A stretch of 50,203 nucleotides of DNA, filler included, from Bipalium vagum (GCA_037834085.1; 3 parts of 3 records of this genome joined end to end with filler, not necessarily neighbours in it); one strand, 5' to 3'; shown: positions 38,022 through 50,067, numbered from the whole stretch's first letter. Notes: generated by a model not told the origin, from the sequence alone. Numbers and translations: made by a program.

Positions 38022-40168
38022 TTATGGATACGGTACCTAAAATGTTGATGAAAATACGAAAATCAAAAAATACGTACATATATCCTTAGAAAGAATGATG
38101 GTAAAATGATACACGACAAGAAGTTACCTCACTGGCTTCTAAATGTCTAAGCTCAGCGAAGTAAACTTCTTGCCATGGCAACATTTACCCACTTAAAAAG
38201 TGGTATAGCAATAATTATTTATGTGGATATTTTTCAAGTACCAATGAATACCTGAAAATATATTTAATTAACTAAATTTGTTAGTAATAAGTAATTTAGA
38301 GATTTGAATGTTATTTTTATCCGACTTTCAGTAACTTAATTTTAGCTAGTAATGATTTCTTTAAACTTAGTTTTTTAATAAAGAATTGATTTTTTTAGGT
38401 ATGATTTTTATGAAACCCGTTTCAATAGGTTTTTTAGAATTAATTGGCTATTGGAGGAAATAGTTTTCCAAAAGTAGAGATTAGCCGACAATTGCCAATC
38501 TCTACTACTACTACTTAATTCGAGGATTTTGATCAGAAATTTTCCCAACAGAAAAATTAAACAATTTTGGTTGAAGATTATTAAAAGATTTATTCAACAA
38601 TATTTCTGAAGATACTATTTGGGTCAGAAACGATCCAGAACAATTTCAGTACTTTTTTTTATTTCCAAGAGGATGATGCAGAAGGATTTTATCATGGAAC
38701 CCATCGAGTTTGGGAATCCCTAGGCAACCGATCGTGAAGTAATCGACATGGGGATCTTGTTTAAATACCACAAAATTTGACCCATTTGACTGGCCAAAAA
38801 AATTTATTATTAATTTTAAATAAACTTTTTAATTATAAAAAAATTTTTACGAATTTAAATTTGACTTCATAAATTTGCTAACAATCTTTAAGTTTTAAAA
38901 TTTATTTAAATTTAGTATTAATAAGCTATTAATAATAATTTATTATTTTAAGTTTTTTTAAAATTGATATTACTTAATTTCTAATTTTATCTCAGACTAA
39001 TTTATTAAAAAAATAAACAATTTACAGAACTTATCTCAGAATCGAGTATCGTTATGAGCTAAGGTTAATTATTCAAAAAGTCAGTATTAGTAGATGTTTT
39101 TCAATCTTGAGGGAAGATCATCATTTATTTTTCTAAAATAAGGTAGATTTGTATAATTCTTCAGATCGTCGATATTTGAACTAACGAAGTAAACAGCAAA
39201 TTTCACTTATGTTACTCTACTTTTTATGAAGCCAAAGAGGTAACCATATGAGCAAAATAGCAGAATCATTTGATCATCTAACTATACAGTCAAATAATAA
39301 CCGATATTTATTTATTATATGCCTAATGATTATCTTAATCAGAGGTCACAAAAAGGTCATCTCAAACACAATTTAAGATTCCATTACAAACTTTACTTCA
39401 GAATATGTCGAGTTGAGGAGTTCATCTCATTTAATTTATTCCTTTAATTTTTAAATTTTTTCATTTAATTTTAAAAAGAAATTTTTGGTAATCATTTATT
39501 CTTCTTTCTTCATGATTACTTCTTGCTGGCATTCCAGAAGAGTTTGAATTTCAGTGTAAAATTAAGTATCTCTCGAGTAAAACCTTTGGTAAATGAATTT
39601 TATAATATTTTTCGTTATCCAATGATCTGATTATTCAGATTTTTTTCAAAGTGAATAAAACAAATAGTACTCAACGGTATCAAATTTTAAGAGTATCATG
39701 AATGTAGAAGCACCTTCCAACCGATCTTCTGGATGATCATTTTAGTGAGTTCCGCGAAATGTGTTTTGATATTGTCATGTAATTAGACAAAAAAGAATAT
39801 TCAAAATTTTTAAAGAAATCTTTTGTGACAAACGCCGAGGTTTTTAACATTAAGAATCAAAATTAATGAATGCACCCCTATTCGGTAATTCTTAGTTTAT
39901 AATCACTTTTATAGCAAACAGAAAGCAAAATTTTCAACGGGTGAAAATATTTCTTCGGACGTGTTTTTTAAAATCCATTATTTTCGCGTTTAACATTTAA
40001 GTAATCTGTAACAAGTAATGAAGAATAACATCTTTTTGATTAATTTGCTTAAGTTTAGATAAAATAGCTTTGATGAATAAATTACCCAAAATGCATCAAT
40101 AATGAATAATCAAATATGAAAATCCAAAAAATAGCAATAAAAAATATATAATATCTTGCAATAAACAT
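38022..40168 (-). CDS. Candidate micro-exon gene encoding a 42-aa putative secreted peptide
   Basis: Exons 40168-40086 (83 nt), 38251-38242 (10), 38191-38189 (3), 38138-38128 (11), 38084-38078 (7), 38036-38022 (15 incl. TAA). Introns 1834, 50, 50, 43 and 41 nt, all GT-AG. The join is open: MFIARYYIFFIAIFWIFIFDYSLLMHFGYSLWKPVRIYVPYP*. Confidence 0.62.
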
Positions 40169-40996
40169 TGATGTAAAAACTTGAACTGTGTGTGATATAT
40201 TGAAAGAAAGAGATAAATGGTATAATTATGAAAGTTCAAGACTTTATGATATTCGAACGAATGAAACCTTAATTAAGCTAATTAATTAATTAAGCCTCAA
40301 ACTTTTAAGAAAATGCAAAAACGTGCCAATTGTTGGAGCAGAAATTTAGAATCCGGGGCAAATCTGTGACTAACTTCAGGAGAATTTTTTTCTGATAGTA
40401 GTACTTTACTACAACAATGCGCTGCTCTGTCAATAATAGTAAAAACATTTCTAAAATTATAAGTAACCCAAATTAGCGTCTATGATGCATAGTAATATGA
40501 ATCATTTTAGGTTTACACACAGTATGTCAGAGGAATGGCCAATCAAAAATGTTGAGTTAATTAAAACTCACTCCATATTATAAAAAATTCGAATATCTAC
40601 TGCATATTGACTTAGAGCTAGTGTGTATCGTGCAGTCAAGAATTCACAGATAAAAACCAGATCGGTTTTGTTCTTTTGATTAAACTCCATGATTTTTATA
40701 GGTAAAACTAAATATAATTAAATATTTATTCAAATAACTTAATTTAATTATACTTACTTAATTACTCTTTCGATATTACTTAAGATTTAATCATATTATT
40801 TTATATGAAAAGTATATTATTAATTATCATTTTACTAGTTATTTTTTATTGATTTACATTTAAAATTTTTAAAACTATAAATAAATTTCTTCAATATGTT
40901 TTTAATAAAAAATTATCAATGTATAATTATTTATTGATGGCTTCTAAATATAAAGTTTCTTTTGTTTAAATCGATAATAATAGAGTAATTTTTAAA

Positions 40997-42240
40997 ATGT
41001 CAGAAGAAATAGTCTTGCCAGCTGTTGCATCTCAAATGAGGAATCCACGGAATCCAGTTGTTTTCTTCGATGTTAGCGTTGGTGGTCAAGTAAGCTATTA
41101 ATTTTTAGTATAATTATGCGAGTCATTGAAATGTAGGATATCGGTCGTATACAGTTTGAACTATTTGCCGATGTTGTTCCGAAAACCGCCGATAATTTTA
41201 GGTATATAATAATAAATAAAATATTTTCTGGATATAATTATAGACAATTCTGTACTGGTGAATATCGAAAGGATGGTGTTCCAATCGGATATAAAAACTC
41301 AACATTTCATAGAATAATTAAAGAATTCATGGTGCAAGGTGGAGATTTTATCAATGTGATATTGGTTAAATTTGATAAACCTATTTTAATTATTTATTAG
41401 AATGATGGTACTGGAGTTTTCAGCATATACGGTGGTGGGCTGTTCAACGACGAGAACTTTGAAATGAAGCATGACAGTGCGGGGAAATTGTCCATGGTGA
41501 TAATTATATTTATTAAAACTATTACTACTACTACTACTATTATTAAAATGTTAAGAAATAATCATTTTCTAATAAACTAAGAATATAAAAAACGTGAAAT
41601 TCATGAAATACTTACCAAATAAATATCGAAATCACAACTTTCCAACGGATTTATTATTTTAGATTTCTGCACAAATCACTTATCTGTTAAAATGATCTGA
41701 TTAAATTCACTATTTTCTTTTAAAACTAAAATCTTACCATTTTTTCCATTCTAATAAGTTTTGTCTTAAAACTTGTCTAATTCAATATTAAAATGGATGA
41801 CTTTGAATTTAAATTATGAAATATTGATAATTATTTTTAAAAATTAAATAATAATTATTGATTAAAATAATTAATTTATGAAATTTTTATTAATATTGTA
41901 AATGAAATTAGATGATCTGTTACTTTTTTTTTAAAAATGATTTGTAATGTATTATTTGTAAATTAATCGTTTTTTAATTTTTAAAATTTGAAGGCCAACA
42001 GTGGAAAAGACACCAACGGATGCCAATTTTTCATCACATGTGCTCCTTGCGAGTTTCTTGACGGAAAACACGTTGTGTTTGGTATGCTACTATTTTCAGG
42101 TCAATATTTGTAATGTCAGTTATTGATTAGGCCAAGTGGTAGATGGAATGCTCGTGCTGAAAAAGATAGAAAATGTTCCCACAGGTCCAAACAATCGAGC
42201 CAAAATTCAAGTGGTTATTACGAATTGTGGAGAAATGTGA
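40997..42240 (+). CDS. PPIH: Peptidyl-prolyl cis-trans isomerase H (cyclophilin H, U4/U6 snRNP 20K), 187 aa
   Basis: Exons 40997-41089, 41137-41201, 41244-41355, 41401-41496, 41994-42081, 42131-42240 (introns 47, 42, 45, 497, 49 nt). [52 protein letters not shown]...[15 protein letters not shown]...[15 protein letters not shown] matches PPIH-specific motifs. AATAAA at 42240 and 42252. Confidence 0.97.
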
Positions 42241-42399
42241 ATAAATTTTGTAATAAATGTTTTTGTACATTTTTATAATCACTTTGACTTCCTATTATTT
42301 ATTGCTTTATATTAAAATTTGTTTGGATTTTTTGATAATAATTAATTTTTAAGTATGAAAACATGAAACGAGATCAATGAACATCTTTTGATGGGTTAA

Positions 42400-42860
42400 G
42401 TCATTTATATAGTTTTGTGGATTTTGACAAACATGAAAAGTACGGAAAATGTAGAATTTTATTACTTAAAATATGATCCACCTTCCTTCATCAACCGGCA
42501 AATGAAAAATACATCAGTTAAAATTCTTTGGTCAAATTAGAATACTTTTTGATGGCAATCAATGAATTTTCTTTTCTTTCAAAGAATTTTGTAGTGATCT
42601 GAATAAATGGTAATCTGAAGAGGCCATGTCAAATGACAATGATAGATGAAATTGAAGTATGTGGCTGCCATTATCCTATGGAAAGACAACGTACATCGCA
42701 TTTTTCAGAGTTGATCATCTGGTTGCGCGACAGCTATTAATTCCAGACTAACCATTTAAAATCTTACCACAAGGACGTTAACATTTAAGTTTTAATTTAA
42801 TTCAAGATATAAACAGATCTCGAATGACCCATTATCATAAAAAATAATATTAAAGACAAC
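42400..42860 (-). mobile_element. mariner transposase C-terminal fragment
   Basis: VVFP*DNG and DMASSDYHLFRSLQNSL. Confidence 0.7.
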
Positions 42861-42949
42861 TCCGGTTAAAACTGAGTTGAATACAGTAAAATTGAAGTAT
42901 TGGAAAGTCGAAAAATGAAAAGCTATACGAATTTGCTCTTGCTTTATCA

Positions 42950-43400
42950 AGGTATCAGTTAACTGTTTTCCTACTGATATTAAGTCAATTAAAATCATTT
43001 TGTGGTGCTTCACATTATAACTCCTGCACCTTTAACCTGTGTATGCGACGTGGTGTTTGTAGGCAAGAACAGAATAATATTCAACCTCTATCGTCTGATG
43101 ATTTGTCGAAGATCATATGTTACGTTTTGGTGTAGCTATGCTGCTGCTTCATCATGAAGTTTCTTTACAACTATTTAATGACTTGTTTTGAAGTGATTAA
43201 TTCTTGAGTTAAATTTTCTCACGAAGACTTGAGCCTTCTTCTGGATTACAGGTCCAGATATTCAATGTTTAACATAAGATACAGTTCTAAGCCATTCAAG
43301 AAGAACTGTGTGCACTTTCTCGGACCCAATGACCTATTTCTAGAATAAAAGTTTGGATAAGCTGGTGGCAAGGATGAAGGTCCTAAATAATAGTAGAAAT
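42950..43400 (-). mobile_element. pogo/Tigger transposase fragment
   Basis: VLLEWLRT...ISGPVIQKKAQVF (CENP-B HTH) and ILFLPTNTTSHTQ..AGVI. Confidence 0.75.
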
Positions 43401-43439
43401 TACACTAAAAAATTTTTTCATTATTATATATAGATTATA

Positions 43440-44352
43440 AATATATATTATTCAAGATGACGAAAAATTGTTACAACCTAACATTCTGGTGACATGCGTT
43501 TGAACAAAACAAAAATTTTTTCGTGCAAAAGCAAAGGACAGTCAAATTTACTAATGCTGACTGCTTTCCTTCAGTTTTAGAAGAAAAACATCGAAAACAA
43601 TTGCATTTTGTATTGCTACTTTCTTCAGATACCAAAATTAATGATGAATTATACCATTCAGAGATCATCAAGTAATAATAATTAATTTTCTTTAAGTAGT
43701 TCTTCGCTCTGAAGCTATACTTTGTCGAGTATCTTCCCGGAATGGCTGCAGTTGGTATATAATATTAATTTCACATCACATGTAATTATTCTTTTTAGGA
43801 GATCCTTATTTTGAATGTGAATAGATGCTGAACTTAAACATATTTTGCTTAAATAACGTAACTTTTTTGAAGCTATTTCGAAGATGGTCTCAGACGGTTT
43901 TATTTACAACGCCGAGTAAGTTCACGAGTTGACTGCTGCGGATTGAAATAGGTGAGATGAGATACCGTTTTCAATGACTGGTATATTTTCAATCTATCAC
44001 AACGATCTTCATCTAGGTTTATATTTCTAAAACAAAAGCTTTTGTATCAGTGCTGAGAATATCGTTTGCCGGTGGTAAGTATCCCTCTCACTTTGCGAAT
44101 ATTATGTACGTCCTAAGATGCATTTCTTTTTAATTTATACTCATACAATAGAAATTTTTCCAATTTTTGGTGTTGTTATGGTTTCCTAAAACTGGTTTTA
44201 ATTTATTCAAACAAGACTAAATATATTAAAATATAATTATGATTAACAAAGATTTTTAAAGTGCTATTAAAGTAAAAAATCATTCGATATTTATATTTTG
44301 GCTATAAAATATGTATATAAAAAGGCGACAATACTTTCCACTTCACTTGGTA
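43440..44352 (-). mobile_element. mariner transposon, decayed
   Basis: TIR-like CCAAGTGAAGTGGAAAGTATTGTCGCC; FLLYEYKLKRNAS, NPQQSTREL, LLKRIITCDVKLILYTN, KQSALVN. Confidence 0.8.
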
Positions 44353-45646
44353 TTTATTTTGAGACTGTGGGTTACGTGAGTATGAGACCTAAAAAGGTTA
44401 TACCACAATTCCCGAAACTTATTGACTAATTTTGAACATCGTTTAATAAAATTTTATAATATTTAAAATTTACTTAATTTTGAAGGATGGTGAGGTAGCA
44501 AATAAAAACTAGTTAAATACGGGTTTGATTTTCAGCGAGCTTGGTTAATATGTTTTTATCAATTTCTAGAGTATTTTGGATTAATTTTACTCTAAAATTT
44601 TTTTCCACTTTATACTTTCCGATGGTAATTTTTTTATATATCACTTATACATCTTCACTACTTTCTTTCTCAGTTCTTGACCAACTTTTTCATTTTTCTG
44701 TGACAATATTCCTGTATGTATAGATGGTAGAACTGTTATTGCTAACTACGTAAAATAATTATTGTTCACTTACCATTAAATTATCATTTATTACTCTCCT
44801 AACATTCATCAAGAATGTTCTTGCTGTTGAGTTTGTGTAGGACTTATTTTTCTTGTTTAGTCTATCTTATTAATGTTACCTATAATGTCCCGTTTTACAG
44901 AAAGTAATTCAACAGAAAATCTCAATAAGCTGTATTTATTAATTTAAAGTTTTACAATGACACTCTTTTAACAATCTATCGCATTATCACAAAAAAATTA
45001 GTAAATATGGTGAAAGTCAATTTCGAAATCAAATAAATTATCTAATATTTCATAAGCAAGTTAATAAAGGATAAAACGTTAATAACAGAAAAAATCAATA
45101 TTAGAAATAAAATAATATATCAACAATTAATAATGAAATTATTAAAAGATCAATGTAAAATGAAATGGTAATCAATTTAATGTTTATTATTCAATAAATA
45201 AAATCAATAAATCCATCACCAATGTGAGAAACAAAGGGTCCATTTGTCATCAGCTAGGCCCCATTGAATTACCTAAAGACGACTAAACATAATAGAAATC
45301 ATAAAAATTCTGGAACCTGTGAAGCATATCCGTAATTAATTTTCCAATAAATAATTAAGTCGCATCCAAAAAATAGAAAGAAATTTATCCACAACTTTCA
45401 GACAGTAAATGGTTTTCTTTTTTCTCACAATAATAATACATTTAAATTATACTTTTGTTTTGACATTTTCTGGGCGCATTATAGGAGATTCTTTTCTTTT
45501 TATACTCGAGTTTTGAGCCAACCACCAATCTGCTTGTTGGTTGAAAAGAAATGCGGGAAAGAGTAATTTTCTGCTTGGAGATCCATAACAATTATAGATA
45601 CGTAGTACAGGATTTAAATGTTAATCCAGAACAACAGATTCATGCA

Positions 45647-46820
45647 TTGGCTCCAGGCAAGAAAATTACTGAGTAGGCACCAAAAAGCCCTTCTGTCAAA
45701 TGATGGGGGTGTTGAGCATAACGGAACCATTATGAGCATCATTGAGAGCTCGAAATTCAACAAAATCCCAGTCCAAATTTATTGAACCGATATTGCTGAT
45801 GCTTTCAGGTCAATACCTCATGAACTCTTAAGGCACACGTTGGCAAAATGCGGAATGAATGACTTTACGATATCATTGATCAAAGAGCTTTATCGTAATG
45901 TCACGACGATGTATCATTGTGGCCCAATCACTTCTGATGACATTCCTGTCCTGAAAGGGGTTAAACAGGGATGTCCATTATCGATGAGTATACTCTGCTT
46001 CAGTATTAACTTTATTTTAAAGATTTGCGCTCAACGAGCAAATCAATTTCGGGTTCATTATAATGATGCCCCGGCGCTGGCTTACGCTGATGATCTGGTA
46101 TTTTTTGCCAGATCAGCCGATGAACTCCAGGCCATAATGGAGGAGATGAGTGATAAGATAATTAAAGTTTAGACGATTTCCAGTGGATTGTCGAATCCCA
46201 ACTGCACCCGGCGCAGATGATTGAATGCTTTAAGAAATTTTTGCATTCAAGACTTTCGTTCCACTTTCGTAATAGAGTTGTTGGTACTCTAACCTTGACA
46301 TCACCCAGTGCTAGACAGACAGATGATGGAGTGAAGCGAGTTGGATTCGATCAACTGATAAGGAAACAATTGCGCTCAATAACTAATACAACGTTATTGA
46401 GAGGTACAAATATCTCATATTTGTACACCCCCACGGCACTTTTTATTTTTTATATAAATTTTTCTGAGGGGTTAGGTCCTAAAAACTCGTCACATATTCC
46501 AACACCCCGAGAAATAATGTAAAATCTTCATTTTATTTTTCTGTGATATAGTTTTGTTTGGTTTGAGTTAAGGCATAAGATTTTTTCTCGGAATATACGA
46601 AAGGGTGATGTGTGGCGGGGGGTTGGGAAATACAACATCTAGAGTCAGATAGAATCGTGTTTGCTGTTTCGTTTTGGTTTGCTGCTTTGTCTTGGTATGA
46701 TATATTAGGAAAGAAGACCGGGGATGAAGATCTGCGCAGCCGACGAGTGGCAGAATTAAGTAAAAATTTGCACACTACTTATCCACAGTGCACCCAACCA
46801 GGCCGATGAGTGGCGAAGCA
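45647..46820 (+). mobile_element. Non-LTR retrotransposon RT pseudogene, RLE-type (R2/NeSL/Utopia-like)
   Basis: QKALLSNDGGVEHN, TDIADAFRSIPH, GVKQGCPLS, LAYADDL, thumb YLYTP...GGLG interrupted by a ~170-bp insert (46439-46610). Confidence 0.9.
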
Positions 46821-46839
46821 ACAAGCCAATGAAAGGCGA

Positions 46840-47415
46840 ACACAAAAGATGATGAAAAAAGAAATTAGTAAAAAGAAACTGGAGATAACAATTTAGAAGA
46901 TAAACTGATATTTAAAAAGATAGATAAATTTAAAAAATCAGTAAAAATAAAAACATGAAAAATATAAAACAGGAATTTTTTACTATTAATAAAAAAAGAT
47001 TTTAATGTTAATAAAATGTCAGATATTAAAAAAATCTTGATAATGATAAAAATATTTAATGTTAAAACAACAGAAAATGATGATGATTGTATTAATATAA
47101 ATGGTGATAATAGATAAAGAATATTTAAATAAAATAAAAAATATTAATAAAATAGATATTAAAAATATTTATGAAAAACTTAATAATGAAAAAGTAGAAA
47201 AATAAATATTAATTTTTAAAAAATGATGGTAAGAGAAAAATGCTATTGTGATTTTTGTAAAAAATATATTTACAAGTTTAACAAAATAAGTATGAAAATA
47301 AGACATATAGCTGATGTTGAAATGATGCATGAAATGAATAATATTCAAAATTCAACTCCAATAGAAAAGCTAGAAAGAAATAAAATAATTTATTATGAAG
47401 AGTAAAATAGGTCTA
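46840..47415 (+). mobile_element. Second, internally deleted Maverick-like fragment (ZnF fused to PLA2X C-terminal helix)
   Basis: ORF 47223-47405: YCDFCKKYIYKFNK then HIADVEMMHEMNNIQNSTPIEKLER, near-identical to YVADVEMIHEMNNIQNPTPREKLER at ~35760-35830 (-). The upstream A-rich block has the same skew; its 5' boundary is approximate. Confidence 0.8.
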
Positions 47416-47419
47416 AAAG

Positions 47420-47710
47420 TACTGCAACAGAAAAAAATACAAATGGACTTCTGGATAAAAAGAAATCCTTCCAAAACTATATTACAATGAAGGAATTATT
47501 AGCAATATACTATTTCTGTAACCATTACAAACATTAGATATAGGAAAAAATGTCTAGCGAGAATGGATAATAAAACAATCTAATTTATTTTCAAAGCTAA
47601 AAAGCCAATACACAGCAATTTCAGACGTGGATGAATTATCTCAGGAGCTTGGACATAGAGCTTAATAACAGAAAGGGAATATATCAAACGAATTCAGAGT
47701 CCTTCGTGTT
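47420..47710 (+). mobile_element. Ty3/gypsy RNase H fragment (same family as 27740-29280)
   Basis: ITMKELLAIYYFCNHYKH...QFQTWMNYLRSLDIELNNRKG..TNSESF. Confidence 0.8.
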
Positions 47711-47869
47711 TTAATAAAGGACTCCGCCAAATATATGATGATAAATGAAGAACCTAAGACGGAAAGAATGAAGACGAGAGCCATAAATGCAGTACAAAAA
47801 GATACAAAATATAAATGACAGTATGAAAAAGGTGAAATAAATCAGATTAAAGTGTATATTGAAGATGGA

Positions 47870-48337
47870 AGTACGTCTAAAATACGTTGAGTTGATACAA
47901 TCTAGTGAAAAAATACTTGCCAAAATGATTTGTCCTCAGCTGGAAAGATTGCAAGAGAAAATTGAAAAAAAATGGCCTAATGTGGCAAGCAGAAATGAAT
48001 TGATTATTCATCAAAAAAATGAACGTCTTCTTACATTAAAGAAGGCAGTCCAGAAAATTACCGATTTTGAACTTTTCTCTCATTCTGCTTACAGTCCGAA
48101 CACTGTGACCCCTGACTACCACTTGTTCATGACAATACAAAATTTCTTGGTTCAGAGTTTTTAGATTCTTCTAAAGCTTTAAATATTGCAATCTGAAAAT
48201 TTTAAAATTCAAAATCAGTAAATTTTTATAAGGATACCCTCATGAAATTACTTTTTAAACAATGATGTCTATTTATTTCATTAGTATAACTATTATGTCA
48301 TTCGAAAAAAACGACATTATTAAAGTGTCAACCTATT
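47870..48337 (+). mobile_element. mariner 3' half with right TIR
   Basis: QLERLQEKIEKKWP..IIHQKNER..HSAYSPNTVTPDYHLFMTIQNFL; end AAACGACATTATTAAAGTGTCAACCTATTA. Confidence 0.85.
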
Positions 48338-48389
48338 ATTATTGATTTTTTAGAAAATTTGTAATCATCATCAATGATCATAATTTTTA

Positions 48390-48960
48390 CAGGGTGACCA
48401 GAAAAAAGTGATAACTAATTTAATGTTGTTTTACCATGCTAATTTTAGTTTTCCTAGGTAATATTTGAATTTTTTATTTAATTGATGATGAATTTGTAAA
48501 TAATTTTCAGTTATCAATGACTACATAGAAAGGAAAGATTGTTGTCTTACACGAAGAAGAATTTTGCCATTGTGATATTGCAAAAAGGCTCGGAATTGCT
48601 GCTCCAAACGTTAGAAGATCTTGGAAAAATTGGAACACGTCCAGGAAGCGGCAGAAAGAGAACAGTTAATACTAGTCAAAATCGAAAAATCATCAAAAAG
48701 TGTCTTCAACATAATCCAAGGACTTCAAAGAGGAAGATAGACATTAAGCATGAATCTACCTGAATAATTGCTAAATGAGCTTAAATACAAGCCTTTTAAG
48801 ATCAAAAAAGTTCAGTTGCTGACGGAAAAAAATAAGGTCATAAGACTTAAAAGGTGTATTAAAGTGAAGCCCCGAACCACTGGTCAACAATGGGAGCGAA
48901 TACTCTTCGCAGACTAGAAGTTATTCACCGTTGAACAGGCACATAATCATCAATATGCCG
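48390..48960 (+). mobile_element. maT/DD37D-like transposon 5' half
   Basis: TA|CAGGGTG terminus; RPGSGRKRTVNT..KIIKK..HNPRTSKRK, LKYKPFKIKKVQLLT..R.KRC, WERILFAD*KLFTVEQAHNHQ. Confidence 0.8.
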
Positions 48961-50067
48961 CAAGAAGGAAGGGTTAAAAGGTTTTCATTGATAATTATTA
49001 TTTTTCTGAACATTGATTGGATGGATAGTTTTCAAAAATTAACAAAGTGAATAAATACTGAATGTAAATTATTGAACGAGAAAGAAAGACGCAAGAGGTT
49101 GTACTAAAAAATATATTGCAAGAATAACCTTTGAAGAAATACATTAAAACAAAAAATTACAATCAACTGATAACCATTGGGAAGAGTCAGATAAACCCTT
49201 TCTAAAATTGGTCAAAAGATTCATCGAAATTCTTGTGTTGACATTTGAAATGGAAAAAAATAAATAAAAGAAACAACGATTTATAATTATTCGAAATTAT
49301 TTTCAATTCTCCTTCAAAATAAAAAGTTGCCAACATTCACGTAGTAAAACACACTGTGGAAACAATGTCAGATTTTTGCATTGTTAATATAATTTGTCTA
49401 CTTTGACTGCAAATTAATATTTTTAATCGAATCTGTGAATTCATTAAAACAACAAAATAATTATCATAAAAAAGAAAACGTCGTTATTAGCAAAATTTTA
49501 TTTTACGTCAAAACAGTTAAAACAAACAATAATTAATTACAAAATAATTGTAATAGTAAAACATTAATTACAAATTTTATTTTCCGCTCGAATTTGCAAA
49601 AATCTGTGTTTTTTCTCAAAAAAAAAACAAATTTAATAAGGATTAAATGGAAAATGATTTGGAGAATTAAATTATTTTTAATTATTTCAGTAAATGACGT
49701 TTCACTTACAACTAAGCCAAAAAATGAAAAAGAAACAATTAAAATATAATTGAAAGATTTGAAAGTCATTCTTCACTGATTTTCATAATGGGAATGAAAA
49801 ATCAAGTTCAAGTCTGATGAAAATGTTTCGTTGAGAAATAATTTCCCTTACACTAACAAAAAAATACGGTTGCCATGGCAATTATACAACTTTCGACATT
49901 TTATGATTATTTGCTAATGTATTCTTTTAATATATTCAGGAAATTTATTCCTAATGTATTTGTAAATTGAATCAGAATTCAGGATTCACTTAATATACAA
50001 ATATATTCAGGAAGTGAATTTTTTGAAAAAACGACATTTTTTCTTTTTTTTCTTTTTTCTTTTTTTC

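Noticed and set aside
43700-43825. Apparent + strand exons with a 44-nt GT-AG intron (FFALKLYFVEYLPGMAAV|GDPYFE)
   Set aside because: The minus strand reads as mariner transposase (LLKRIITCDVKLILYTN), so the splice signals are coincidental. This also shows that single short introns can arise by chance.
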